From Malacoraja senta (Eukaryota), in contig CM075996.1 in assembly GCA_038087875.1 (NCBI GenBank), positions 126,001-190,000 of the forward strand: a stretch of 64,000 nucleotides of DNA, written 5' to 3'. Below are positions 1 to 12,373 of the stretch, one piece after another (position 1 is the first letter of the stretch; each line of letters opens with the position of its first letter). A model generated the notes under the pieces. It did not search any database, was not told the DNA's origin, and was given only the letters and a program-made list of their open reading frames with translations. The position numbers were made by a program, and so were the translations under genes.

Positions 1-444
1 ACATCCGACATACTGGAATTATTTTTTTTAAAGACTGTATGAAATTAAACATATATCAGGCCTAATGTGATCCTTGAGCTTGGTGCTTTTCTGCTAGTTT
101 CAAGATATCAGGCTCCAAATTAGACAATGACACCTCTTGTTGTGATATCAATTCCGTTTCTAGATTTTGTCAAGGAAACTACCTTGCTGAATCCGCACTC
201 AACCAAATATGTTGAAGGAAAGGCAATTAAAAATCTTTGGGCTTTTTCAAACTGTATTGGAAATTTATTCAGCAGATCCAAAAATCGTTTTGAAACTGAC
301 TGACTCCAATTAAGGTTGCTGCTTGGTATTTATTCGTTTCAGTTACCAGGGTCCCCCATTAACCCACAGTTTTCAGTCTGTGGCCCCCTTCAAATGTGCC
401 AGGGCCCCGTTGGGGGCCATATGGCCCCCCGTTGAGAATGGCTG
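1..444 (-). mobile_element. Internally deleted hAT (Charlie/Buster-type) DNA transposon, running off the window start
   Basis: Minus strand 62-300 translates, with frameshifts, to ...FLIAFPSTYLVECGFSKV...LEPDILKLAEKHQAQGSH*, a typical hAT C-terminal dimerisation region. A terminus CAGCCATTCTCAACGGGG reads inward from 444. Confidence 0.8.
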
Positions 445-619
445 CTATATAGGATGAAGCTCCTTTTATAAACAAACCAAATTAGCGAATTGACTTCCTT
501 CTTGCAGCTGTTGTAATCCCTAGGTTTTATAATTTAGGCAGTAAAGTGTAGGGATGGGACGACTACTGGTTTTACTGAAAACTGAGTTAATAGCTGAAAA
601 TAAGGAAATTGAAGAGACG

Positions 620-737
620 AGGAACTGCAGATGCTGGTTTAATAGCAAAGATAGACATGTGCTGGAGTAACGCAGTGGGCAGGCAGTACCTGGAGAAAAA
701 GGATGTGACGTTTCGGGTCGGGACCCTTTTTCAGACG
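620..737. mobile_element. Penelope-like (PLE) terminal-repeat fragment
   Basis: Contains the gaactgcagatgctgg...gacgtttcgggtcgggaccct motif shared with the GIY-YIG-linked copies at 27149 and 44718. Confidence 0.75.
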
Positions 738-1876
738 GAAAGATGTGTCTAAGTCGATGAATTAAGATGGGCTCCATGTTTTTCATTGTACAATTAATTT
801 GCTACATTTCTCGAGCAACTTGAAGCTCATATCCTCTTCCTTACTCTGGACACTCCTTCCTCATTCTATATCACAGTGACCAATTAACAAGAACAGTCGC
901 CCACCCATAAAATGGAGTTATAATTTGGGAAGCAAGACTTTGCGATTTTTTTTACAGATTGAAGAAGAATTCACAAACAGATGGACTCCAAAAAGTTTTG
1001 ATAGTTTTATAAATCAATTTCCTCCCCAATATTCCCGGTCAAAAAAGGCCCAATCCTCGGAAGGTGAAGTTCCCCTTTAATAAGTAAGGGCGACACGTTA
1101 ATGCCAACGGGGGCAGCTTGCTCCCAACACAGTCAAATCAATTGTGTGCCGGGTCCGTTGCACCCTCCCCCCTTGTAGTGTCGATGAAAAGGGATCATTA
1201 GACGGACTGCCCCTGGAGTGGGCGGATCAGTGGGAAGGATACAATAAAGGGCTACAGTCTAGTCCTTTGTTCGCCCCTCATTCCCACAATCAGTAGGGTA
1301 ATGGCCGAATTATGGCTGGAGCACTCACAGGCCGCAGTCTGTCAGGATTAGGAGATGAATTGTGTAGCCACCCCCAATGTCAGCATTAACCCCTGCACCT
1401 CAAGGCCAGCACAGCACCCCAGGTGTCTCATTCTTTATTTTGGGAGCAGAAAATTGCAATTTTTCTTCTTCTTTTAATCTCTCTGATCGATCGAGAATAT
1501 TAACAATTTGGCCATACTGGAATATGCGAGGAACGTCCTTCATTGAATTGAAATTTAATTTTCCCTTTTTTTTAACAAAAAAAGAAGCAAGGCTTTCAGA
1601 GACCTTTCAAAGATCCAAACAAGTCCAGGGTAAAGATGCCTCTAGTGAGTTAGCAAGTTGTCTCACAGTGCGCAAATTTCCCTTTCTATCCAGGAATCGA
1701 GCAAAGCAGCAAAACCTGTTGGAGAACTGGGATCCCCCCATTTTGCCTTATCAGCCGAAGTAAATGTAATGTCTGAAAATTGATTTTTTTTTTAAACCAT
1801 CATAGCTAAGAAATGCAGGTCAGCATATCTTCTCAGTGGCAGGGAACTAGAAGCTGTGGCAGGGCTGAGAGATTCA

Positions 1877-2051
1877 AGGGCCTGTCCCACTTAGGCGATT
1901 TTTTGGGCGACTACAGGTGACTGCCACAAAATGTTCAACATGTTGAAAATTTTTCGGCGACAGTGGCGACAATTTTTGCTGTCGTAGGTGAATTCCATTA
2001 AAACTAGTCCCTGGCAGTGGCCTAAAGAGTCACCTAAGTGGGACAGGCCCA
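1877..2051. mobile_element. PIF/Harbinger-type MITE (subfamily C)
   Basis: TIR AGGGCCTGTCCCACTTAGG / CCTAAGTGGGACAGGCCCA; 3-bp TSD TCA. Confidence 0.85.
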
Positions 2052-2804
2052 TCAGGGGTTTGCGATAGACATTGCTATCGTGACAGATATACAATAATGG
2101 CTAATAATGGAATGTTGGGTCGTGTTTCAAGAGGCTAGAATGTAAAGTACCGGGAATCACTTTATTTTTTATTTATTTCTGAGATCCAGCTGGCAAAACC
2201 AATGGGGTGAACCATTATCTTGAAGCACGGCAGTTCTGGTGAAGATGTTTCCATAGTGCTATTGGGTAGTGAATTCTTGGATTTAAACCCAGTGGCAATG
2301 AAGGAATGGCAATATATTTCAAAATGTATAAATTGGAGGATAATCTGCAGGTGCTGGTTCTTCCTTGCCTCTGCTGCCCTTGTACTTTGTAGGTCGTTGA
2401 GTTTGGGGAGGGCACTGTCGGAGAAGCCCGAGGCAGCTTCACTCTGAATCTGTTCAATGATTTTTGTCTGCGAAACACATTATTTTATATTTTGGGGGAA
2501 AGGGAGGCGCTGCAGCATGTTTCCAAAGTTTCATTCCATTATAGCCCAATTTTGAATATTGGGACCAATTGGAGAGACTAAAAGTAAATAAAAACATATT
2601 GCCGCTCCCAAGAAAACGAGGTATCTGCTGAGTTTCTTTGGCCTATTGGACCAGTGAATTGTAATACAGGTATATAGATCTGCTCGGTTGAATGATGGTT
2701 ACATTGCCATTAGTATCACAAGAAAATGTGGTATTTGGTGAGTTTTCTTGGTCCAGCGGTGCAAGGGGGTCCGTGCATTTTAGTACACAGGTGTAAGATC
2801 TGTA

Positions 2805-3020
2805 GAAACAAAGAACTGCAGATGCTGGTTTATACCAAAGATAGACACAAAGTGCTGGAGTAACTCAGTGGGTCAGGCAGCATCGCTAGAGAAAGAGGAT
2901 AGGTGACGTTTCAGGTCGGTCCGAAGAAAGGTCCCATCCTGAAATGTCACCTATCCTTTTTCTCCAGCGATGCTGTCTGACCCGCTGAGTTGCTCCAGCA
3001 CTTTGGATCTATCTTTGGTG
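2805..3020. mobile_element. PLE-derived inverted (hairpin) element
   Basis: Two PLE terminal repeats in inverted orientation. Confidence 0.8.
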
Positions 3021-3524
3021 TAAAAATCTGCTCAGGCATCCTACGGAGTGATGGTTAAATTGCCACTCGTATACCACCGGCCTTGGTTAATAACCCAGAG
3101 ATCCAAGAAATCAGGCAGTATTGGTAATAAAATGTACAGATTGCAAAATTGCATCTGATTCACTTTTGCCCTTCAGAGTTGGCGATCTGGGTCTTACTTT
3201 GTGTGGGACTATATGTGATCACCAACCTGCAGCAATTCTGTTGTCCCATAACTGCCCACTGAAATGGCCCAACATGCCATTCCGTTCAAGAATTCAACAG
3301 AGTAACTATTTTGGGGGATGAGCTCATCACTGTAATTATTGTCCACCATAAATGACCTTGAGTACAAGGTGTGATGAGCGCTCACTATTCCTTGAGTACG
3401 GGATGTTGCAGAGAGCAGGCATTGTAGGCTGGATGCTGGACAATCCCACCCAATGATGATCTAAGTTAAGGTGATGAAATAATAGTAATAATAATAATAA
3501 TAAATGTATAACAAATAATAATAA

Positions 3525-4166
3525 ATGTTAGCTTTCATAGCAAAAGGATTTGAGTATAGGAGCAGGGAGGTTCTACTGCAGTTGTACAGGGTCTTGGTGA
3601 GACCACACCTGGAGTATTGCGTACAGTTTTGGTCTCCAAATCTGAGGAAGGACATTATTGCCATAGAGGGAGTGCAGAGAAGGTTCACCAGACTGATTCC
3701 TGGGATGTCAGGACTGTCTTATGAAGAAAGACTGGATAGACTTGGTTTATACTCACTAGAATTTAGGAGATTGAGAGGGGATCTTATAGAAACTTACAAA
3801 ATTCTTAAGGGGTTGGACAGGCTAGATGCAGGAAGATTGCTCCCGATGTTGGGGAAGTCCGGGACAAGGGGTCACAGCTTAAGGATAAGGGGGAAATCCT
3901 TTAAAACCGAGATGAGAAGAACTTTTTTCACACAGAGAGTGGTGAATCTCTGGAACTCTCTGCCACAGAGGGTAGTCGAGGCCAGTTCATTGGCTATATT
4001 TAAGAGGGAGCTAGATGTGGCCCTTGTGGCTAAAGGGATCAGAGGGTATGGAGAGAAGGCAGGTACGGGATACTGAGTTGGATGATCAGCCATGATCATA
4101 TTGAATGGCGGTGCAGGCTCGAAGGGCCGAATGGCCTACTCCTGCACCTAATTTCTATGTTTCTAT
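3525..4166 (+). mobile_element. 5'-truncated CR1-clade LINE (HER1-like), ORF2 C-terminus and 3' UTR
   Basis: ORF 3525-4076 LLQLYRVLVRPHLEYCVQFWSP...RRLRGDLIETYKI...FFTQRVVNLWNSLP; (TTTCTATG)n tail. Confidence 0.95.
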
Positions 4167-4805
4167 TTGTATAGCACGTTTAAAAACAACTCGCGTTGAC
4201 CAAAGTGCTTCACATCAGTGCAGCAGTAGACAGACCTAACAATACATACATAAACTGTTTACGGTGCCCCATCAGAGGGGCTCAAAAATGCTTGGGAGTA
4301 GAAATAGGTTTTGAGTCGTGACTTAAAGGAGTCGATGGTGAGGGCAGTTCTGATGAGGAGCGGGATGCTATTCCACAGTCTAGGTGCTGCAACCGCAAAA
4401 GCGCGGTCACCCCTGAGCTTAAACCTGGACTGCGGGATAGTCAGTAGCCCCAAGTCGGCCAACCTGAGGTGACCTGGAGGTAGAATGGTTGGTTAGAAGA
4501 TTTTTGATATGGGGAGGAGGGGGGGGGGGTGGGGGGCAAGCCAGTTAAGGGCTTTGTAAACGAATAAGAGGAGCTTGAAGTTGATTCTATACCGTACTGG
4601 GAGCCAGTGGAGAGAGGCCAGGATCGGGGTGATGTGGTCCCTTTTACGGGTACCCGTCAGAAGTCTTGCTGCGGCGTTTTGGACCAATTGCAGACGGGAC
4701 AGGGATGATTGGCTGATGCCAATGTATAGGGAATTGCGGTAGTCAAGGTGGGAAAAGATGAATGCGTGGATGATTTTTTCAAGGTCGTCGAATTTGAGGA
4801 ATGAT
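4167..4805 (-). mobile_element. L2-clade LINE 3' fragment
   Basis: VQNAAARLLTGTRKRDHITPILASLHWLPV and GDRAFAVAAPRLWNSIP motifs. Confidence 0.9.
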
Positions 4806-4879
4806 AGGTAGGGCAGAGAGAAAGATAAAATAATTCCTCTGGTGGGAGGTGGAGTCTAATATAAGAGGCATTACCCTAA

Positions 4880-5110
4880 AAACAAAGTGCTGGAGTAACT
4901 CAGCGGGTCAGGCAGCATCCCTGGAGAACATGGCTAGGTGATGTTTCAGGTTGGGACACTTCTTCAGACTGTGAGTTGAGTCTGAAGAAGTGTTCCGACC
5001 TGAAATGTCACCTATCCGTGCTCTCCCAGGATGCTGGCTGACCGGCTCAGTTACTCCAGCACTTTGTGTCTTTTTTTTGTAAACCGGCACCTGCAATTCC
5101 TTGTTTCTAC
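4880..5110. mobile_element. PLE-derived inverted element
   Basis: Inverted pair of PLE terminal repeats centred near 4975. Confidence 0.8.
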
Positions 5111-5171
5111 ATTCAGGAGTGATGTTAGGAAGCACTGCGAACAAAAGGCTGTTGATATGTGGAACATCCTC

Positions 5172-5352
5172 CCCTATATGCCTTTCTTGACGTCCTCTGA
5201 AGGAGGGCTATATGTATGTATTTATGTATGTACTTAATCTATGAACCACTGTTGCATAACGTTAGTACCTCCACCAATGTAAAGCACTTTGGTCAACGAG
5301 AGTTGTTTTTTAAATGTGCTATAGAAATAAAAGTGACTTGACTTGACTTGAT
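5172..5352 (+). mobile_element. L2 3' UTR fragment with (GACTT)n tail
   Basis: Reverse-complement match to 4167-4290 (aagcactttggtcaacg...tgctata). Confidence 0.7.
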
Positions 5353-7499
5353 TATAACATTGTGGTTACTGAGAGCCGCTTGGAACATTTGAGATTAAGA
5401 ATTTTATAAATAATACTTTTGTAGGATATGGAACAAAGAAAAGCAATTGGCATTGCAATATAGTGACCAGACTTAATCAGTTGAATGACCTCTTGTTCAC
5501 AATGGCCCTGCCTTGTTGTAAAGTAGAGTCATAGACTGATACAGTGTGGAAACAGGCCCTTCAGCCCAACTTGCCCACACCGGCCAACATGTCCCAGCTA
5601 CACTAGTCCCACTTGCCCGCGTTTGGTCCATATCCCTCCAAACCTGTCCTATCCACAAAGTACTTTTATTTGTTTAGTGGTTGTGCATGGGGAAATATCA
5701 TTGGCAGAAAAATGTTTTTTTTAATATTAAGGAACTGGTTATGTTATAGATCCACAAGGAGTAGTCCTGGGTTCCACGACCCCTTGGAGCCAGTGTGGTG
5801 GAGATTACAGAACGTACAGACCAGAATCATACATGAACTCCAAGGGTTCGGACATAGAAAAAATTGCTCTTCTTGGAATTTTAAATGAACAATCAGGATA
5901 TATGGAGGAACTAATTGGGTAAAAAGGGTGATGCTATTGGCACAGCTTGGGGAATCTAGGACTGGAGGCTTTTTGGAAATTAAGTTAGACATATATCTAC
6001 ATGCAGTGGAATGGTTGCAATTTGGAACTCTGGCTTCCAAGGCAACTAATGTTAGTCAATCGTTAACTTTAAATCTGAGGTTGATAATATTTTGTTAACC
6101 AAAGATCTTAAGGGATATTGCATGAGGACAGTTGTAGCAGCCGTCATCTCGTTGAACAGTTAACGAGTCAAATGCCTTCTCTTGTTCTGCTGTTCCTAAA
6201 CTTTAAGTTTTTTCAGCTGTCAATAAATTTTCATCATTTGGATAAACAGACATCGCCCTCATCCCAACCCCTTATCTGTTTTCATTAGTTTGATAAGGTA
6301 GCAGCAACCTGGGTTATTGCTATGAATAAACCTTTTAAAAAATGCTCACGGTATGTTTATGCTTCTTTTGTAGAAACCCTCCCTGGATGCAGAGGAGTTT
6401 TGGCATTCTTTCGGGAGTTGTCTGTTGAGGTTTCAGGACGACCTGAGGAGGCAGTAAAATGGTCTCGGTGACAAAACAGCCTCCGAATACCTGGGGCAGC
6501 CCCAACAAACCACTGCTGCACACAGGGTGGTTATTATACATGGCCTGATGTCCGATATAAAACTGGTATTGTGCTGGTCTGGCTTGGTTTTCAACCCAGG
6601 GCTACAACAATGAATTTAATTTACAGTGAGGTCTTTTAGAAGCGACAGAGGCCTAGAACAATCCGACTTGTGTTTCCAATTTTGCAGTATGAATGGTAAG
6701 TTAGATAAGACATTGGGGCCTGGTTGTGTATCCCCTTTGTTCAGGCCCAGGTGAACTGGAATCATGTGATCAAATGTAAAAACTTGTTAAACTGAAAAGC
6801 TGCCGGGACAGAGTCACAGAGCGACAACATGTTCCCAGTCTGGTTGCTGTCCGTCTCCCTTTGATTGCCGTGAATGTGCCAGAAGCCAGAAAGTTTGCCT
6901 CATGGGGTAGTTGGAATTTGGGGCCTAAGCAACATCCAGTCAAGTGGAACCCACTGCCGGGATGAGAGAGAGCAATCAAACCTCATGTCTGGAGCGGAAA
7001 GGTATGTGCAAGTGAATCACATGTTTGACAACGGAGAAAATTGTCTTCCTTTCTTTAAAAATAGCGAGGAAATTAATTACAGTTTGGCTTATGTTCTTTG
7101 TTTCTCACAATTTGAGTCGGTCCTTGTTTATTGATCGATCAGCGTGAGGGTTAATTAAAACTTTGGTGAACGAGATGTCAAATTCCCACAACCAGGTAAA
7201 CCAGAGAGGGGAACTAGTAAAGAACATGGGAGATAAAGTAGATTATCCCATTGTAATTATATCTCATTGTGGATAAAACTCATCCTTTCTCCGAATATTA
7301 GTTGAGGAAACTTTCTGCATCACGCACTTCTGCCTCCGTGCTAGTGATATCTTCAGAGAATATATTTGGAGGCCAGACATGGCAATTGATGTTGATATGA
7401 AGGTTCTTGCCGGAGGAGCTCTAAATACTACTCTGTGGGGGGAAGGGATGCTTCTCAGTCATTACTTAGTGACTAGCCCACCTCACCTCTAGGTCATGG

Positions 7500-8070
7500 G
7501 TCAGGAATAATCAAGATATTTGAGTGCATAATCCAGGCTGATGCTCTCGGTGCAGTTCTGAGGGAGAGCTGCACTGCCTTTCAGCAGTAGAAACAAGGAA
7601 CTGCAGATACCAGCTTACACAAAAGGCTGGAGTAACTCAGCGGGTGCGGCAGCATTTCTGGAGTAACATGGATAGGTGGCGCTTCGGGTCGGGACCCTTC
7701 TTCAGACCCTGAAGAAGGGTCCCGACCCGAAATGTCACCTATTCATATTACGCCAGAGAAGCTGCCCAGCTTGCTGTTACCCCAGCACTTTCTGTCCTTC
7801 CATCTTTCAGCAGGTTCCATAAACTTTCTGAAGTGAACTCACTGGACTACGAGTCGGGGAAGGTATCTTGGTGTTCCGACTAGTATTGATTACTTAACCA
7901 ATGACAATCTTAAAATAATTCATTACATGATCATTATTATATTGCTATTTGTAAGGTCTGGCTGGGCGCAAATTGGTTGCTGCATTCTCTATATAACCGT
8001 ATATATAACTTTAAAAATGCTTGATTATCTATCAAATATTTTAGTATGTCCCAAGGTTGTAGAAATAGAA
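7500..8070 (+). mobile_element. Old Deu-domain SINE (SacSINE1/AmnSINE-like) interrupted by a PLE hairpin at about 7588-7800
   Basis: gtgcagttctgagggagagctgcactg and attgctatttgt...gcgcaaattggttgctgcatt motifs flank the PLE copy. Confidence 0.65.
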
Positions 8071-8239
8071 AAGTCTTAAAATCGGTTGTACAAAATGTTG
8101 GGACTGAGAGACCACTTGTCTTGACTGGTCGCACATGTTAATGATATTTGATCGGAGGTGGGCAGGAGTTGGGGTGCTGGTATCTGGCGGAGGAAAGAGG
8201 TGTCCCAAAAGTCAAGCAATCATCAAGGTTGTGTGGGTG

Positions 8240-8345
8240 TGTGGGGGGGGGGGGGAGGTGGTGGGAGGAGGGAGAAGGTGTGGGGGAAGGAGAAGATTGG
8301 GGGGTGGGGGGGGAGGAGGAGAAGATTGGGGGGTGGGGAGGAGAA
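8240..8345 (+). repeat. G-rich low-complexity tract
   Basis: Multiple G runs of 4-14 nt; these explain the spurious Gly/Pro-rich ORFs. Confidence 0.85.
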
Positions 8346-9127
8346 AGGCGGAGAGGTTGCAAATCACTGACACCGCATTTGTCCGTGGGGGAAAGTTGAG
8401 TTGAAAACACAAACTAACCTTTGAACGCCTGTGACGTTTTGCTTGCTGAAGAGTGACACTCTAAATTCTGAATGTTGCACTTTAATCAGAGAGTTTAGCA
8501 GAATGCTTTGCTAGTGTGCCTCACAGCTACATTTCCAGGTAATCAGCTGCCTTCTGTTACTTGATGTGCTTCCCTGCTCACAGCAGAGTTACGCCGTTCC
8601 CACACATCACTGGTTCAGAGCTCAGAAGCTTCCTCGCTGCGGCAGATTGACATGAGAAAGCTCAGAACCACTGAACTATTAAAAAGCTCACCTAAAGTCC
8701 CAGGCTGTACCTTATTCCCAAGCACCTGTTCCATATACCCCCCCCCCCCCCCCCATGGCAAAAGCCTTGAAATCATCTCAGACAAACACTCTCGATTAGA
8801 TTCCAGCCCGTATCTTACTCTCAGGCACCTGTTAGTTCACATATATACCTCCTTCATCATCTCTTCATTACATTCCCTGGCTTTAATTCGCTCCTCAGTA
8901 TTTGTTACTCCATTTAAACTCCACAAAACCCTCAATTGAATTCCAGTATAACTCACTTTCAGGTCCTGTTCTTCTGTACAAAGCCCCTCCAAAACTGCTT
9001 GGTTATATCCAAATCTGCATCTCTGTATCTATTATTCTCAAATATAAATCCCCCTCAAACCCTTTGATTGGATACTAGCCTATATTCCCTTTTGAGGTTT
9101 TGGGTATCTCAGATTGTGTGCATCTGT

Positions 9128-9300
9128 GCTTATATATGTGTGTATGCGTATGTATGTATATGTATTGTTTATGTATATATATATATATATATGTATTGCA
9201 TGTGTATGTATATGTATTACGTGTGTATGTATATGTATTGTGTGTGTATGTATATATATATATATGTATTGTGTATATAGATAGAAATATAAATATATAA
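9128..9300. repeat. (TA/TG)n compound microsatellite
   Basis: Seen directly. Confidence 0.95.
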
Positions 9301-10059
9301 TTACACACCAAATAATTTTGATTCCGTCTTCGATATCTATTATTCCCTTTATAAACTCCCTAAAACGCAAGACAAGACTCTATTCTGTAACTAAGAAGGT
9401 TTCTCACACGTCTCAACTAGATTCCAGTTTGCCGCTTACTCCAGGGTACTGCAAACCTCCAAAACCTTTGACTAGATTCCAGCCCGTGTCTGTTTTTCAA
9501 CATATAAAACACCATGAAACTCTCAATTAGATTTCATCCTACGACCCTGTTATTCAAGGGTAGTGGAGCATCTGAGAATCGGTGTAAACATTTGACGGGT
9601 TCTGGGAAAGACCTCGAAGTGAGGTAGATCGTAGTTTTGCAAGAAAGCAGGGAATGAGGGATGAGATACGTTACCTAATAAAGCATCGTACATTGGTGTA
9701 ACATGTATGTATAAATTACATAATAATACTGCCCGTTACTGAGTATAATTATTAACACACCTATATCACAGAATTTAACACCTCTGTGTGTATTTCAGAA
9801 TAATATACTGTGCCTTACAGGCAATGAAAGGTGCCTTGTATCAATGGACCTGGTTCACACCTCACAGTTCCATTCCTTGTCAATCTGACATCTCCATTTA
9901 ATCATTTGTAGCCACGTGGCTACAAGCTGCTCAAAACTTCACCGTAGCTGCTGTTTAGCGAAGCAGAGTGGGTCTTGAACTACATTTAGTCCTCACACAG
10001 TTGATGCCAAAGCCATGCCCACACTGGCTTTCTGGTAGTGTGTGATTTATATAACATGT

Positions 10060-10830
10060 TTACATCATCATACTGTTACCGATTAACCACGTATCACTGG
10101 GAATAATACCTCTATGCAATACATAATAACGCACTATGCTTGACTGAATGTAACACTTCTGTGTACATTGCAGATTAAAACGTGCCACGCGGGTGTAACA
10201 TCCTCGCATGTAACACACAGTGAATTAGTGGGAATGACACAAATAATAGCACTCATTTTTATAACTGAGCACACACTCCTGAATATACTGCAGAATAACA
10301 CATGGTTTGCTGGCCTAACATTCCTGTACATATATTACACAACATACTGTGCATTACTGAGTATGATATTTATGTTACATACAAGGTACTCTGTTACTGG
10401 TTGTAACATTCTTGTGTATATTAGATAATAGTACACTTTGCATTACTGAGTATGACACTTCCGAATATATTGCATAAACATACATACGTTACTGGGGTTA
10501 ACTTTCCTGGATTTGTCAAATAATATTTCAGCTTGCATTACTGACTATAACGCTGCAGTTTAAAATCTGATACGCCTGTGAATGTTTAATAGTAACAGCC
10601 TGAGCACTACTTAATATAACATTACTCTGCACAACATATAACAACACACTGCACTTTACTGTGTATAATCCTGAATATATTACATATTAGCACACTGCAT
10701 TACTGGGTGGTGTACTCTCATGTGTAATATATAATAACACTCTTTATTACTGGGCATAGTGTTCTGTATATGTCATAAAACAATAGAAAATATATTACAA
10801 AGTATGCCACACTCCGATAATCTAGTATGT
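10060..10830. repeat. Degenerate AT-rich minisatellite, units of roughly 40-50 bp
   Basis: Recurrent (ca)ttactg(a/g)gt(a/g)taac...ctg(t/a)(g/a)tatatt(a/g)ca motif. Confidence 0.65.
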
Positions 10831-10917
10831 AGTAGAAAAAATGTTCAAGAAGGAACTGTAGGTGCTGGAAAATCGAAGGTGGACAAAAGTGCTGGAGAAT
10901 CTCAGCGGGTGCTATGT

Positions 10918-11281
10918 AACATAGAAACATAGAAAATAGGTGCAGGAGTAGGCCATTCGGCCCTTCGAGCCTGCACCGCCATTCAATATGATCATGGCTG
11001 ATCATCCAACTCAGTATCCTGTACCTGCCTTCTCTCCATACCCCCTGATCCCTTTAGCCACAAGGGCCACATCTAACTCCCTCTTAAATATAGCCAATGA
11101 ACTGGCCTCAACTACCTTCTGTGGCAGAGAATTCCACAGATTCACCACTCTCTGTGTAATTTTTTTTTTTCTCATCTCAGTCCTAAAAGATTTCCCCTTT
11201 ATCCTTAAACTGTGACCCCTTGTTCTGGACTTTCCCAACATCGGGAACAATCTTCCTGCATCGAGCCTGTCCAACCCCTTA
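10918..11281 (-). mobile_element. CR1 (HER1-like) 3' fragment
   Basis: KGLDRLDAGRLFPMLGKSRTRGHSL...; close match to 3800-4166. Confidence 0.95.
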
Positions 11282-12373
11282 GTAGTGCTAGGCTGTGTGT
11301 CAATGGATATCAAACTGTACATAATGTACAAATCTGTTTTATTGGTCTTAGCACTCCAATTACTGGATCGAATCTAATATAAGGAGCGTTGTCAATATTT
11401 TTATTTGTATAATGTGAGGTGATGAATATAATAATATAGTGGAATATTACATGGATATAAATCACAATAAAGCCCATTGTCTTACCAGGCCAGTGTAGAT
11501 CTGTGGAGACTGGGAGGTGGGTTTAGGGGTACCTGTTATTTTGGACAGTGGTGCGGGCTGTGGCTAAGTGTGGAATCAGCGACTCTTCCCATTGCCAAGC
11601 CCTGCATCCTCTGTGTTTGGCTCAGGCTGATGTGATAATGGGACTGTCATTTATGTAATTCCATAACTGGCTTTATTCGAGTAGGAGGCAGCACACAAGG
11701 CGGCTTTATTCAGAAAGTGTCTCACTATTCATGGGCAATAAGACAGGACTGACTGTGGTGGCTGTCCTCTTGTACTGCTTTGTACGTTCCTTTCTTCATT
11801 TTGTAAGGAAATAACCTTTTAAACATGCTGACCTCTGACCTTTCTGAATTGCAGAGGGTTTGAGTGTGGTTCAGCAGCTGCGCGACCTTGACAGCCTTCC
11901 CAGTGTTGAGTCGAATGAATCCCATCTTTGTGTTCCCACTTGTTTTGGTTCCTGCGTCAGGATGGCAGGTTGCTGGCATAGACTGGGATGTGTTTGAGGC
12001 GCCTGAAAGGGAATTCCTTGTTCAACAAGTGTTAAGAGGGGGAAAAAACTGGTAGGGAGGGCAGATTTTTTTTTTGTGTGTAAACTTGAGGGGGTTTGTT
12101 GAATGCTCACCATTAGCCATGGCTTTGTAATTGTAACTGTGTCAGGATAACAAAACCTGGCCAAATTTTGGTCCACTACTCATGAGAAGTCACTTTCTTC
12201 CTGGGATGTGAATTTTAGCAATTGTCTATTTTAGAGGCTGGCATCTTATTGAGGCAGGACCAACAGCTTTTTGGATGTTGACCACCAGATAAAAGGATTG
12301 GAGGAAAAGTTGGAAGATTGAATTTCACAGATCTTACTGATGAGGAAGCAGCCTGAAAGGGCCAAAAGGCTTC

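Noticed and set aside
6374..6457. Terminal exon KPSLDAEEFWHSFGSCLLRFQDDLRRQ*
   Set aside because: There is an acceptor-like site, but the peptide is short and unrecognised and has no linked upstream exon.
8135..9370. Overlapping Gly/Pro-rich and Tyr/Ile/Cys-rich ORFs
   Set aside because: Artefacts of G runs and the TA/TG microsatellite.
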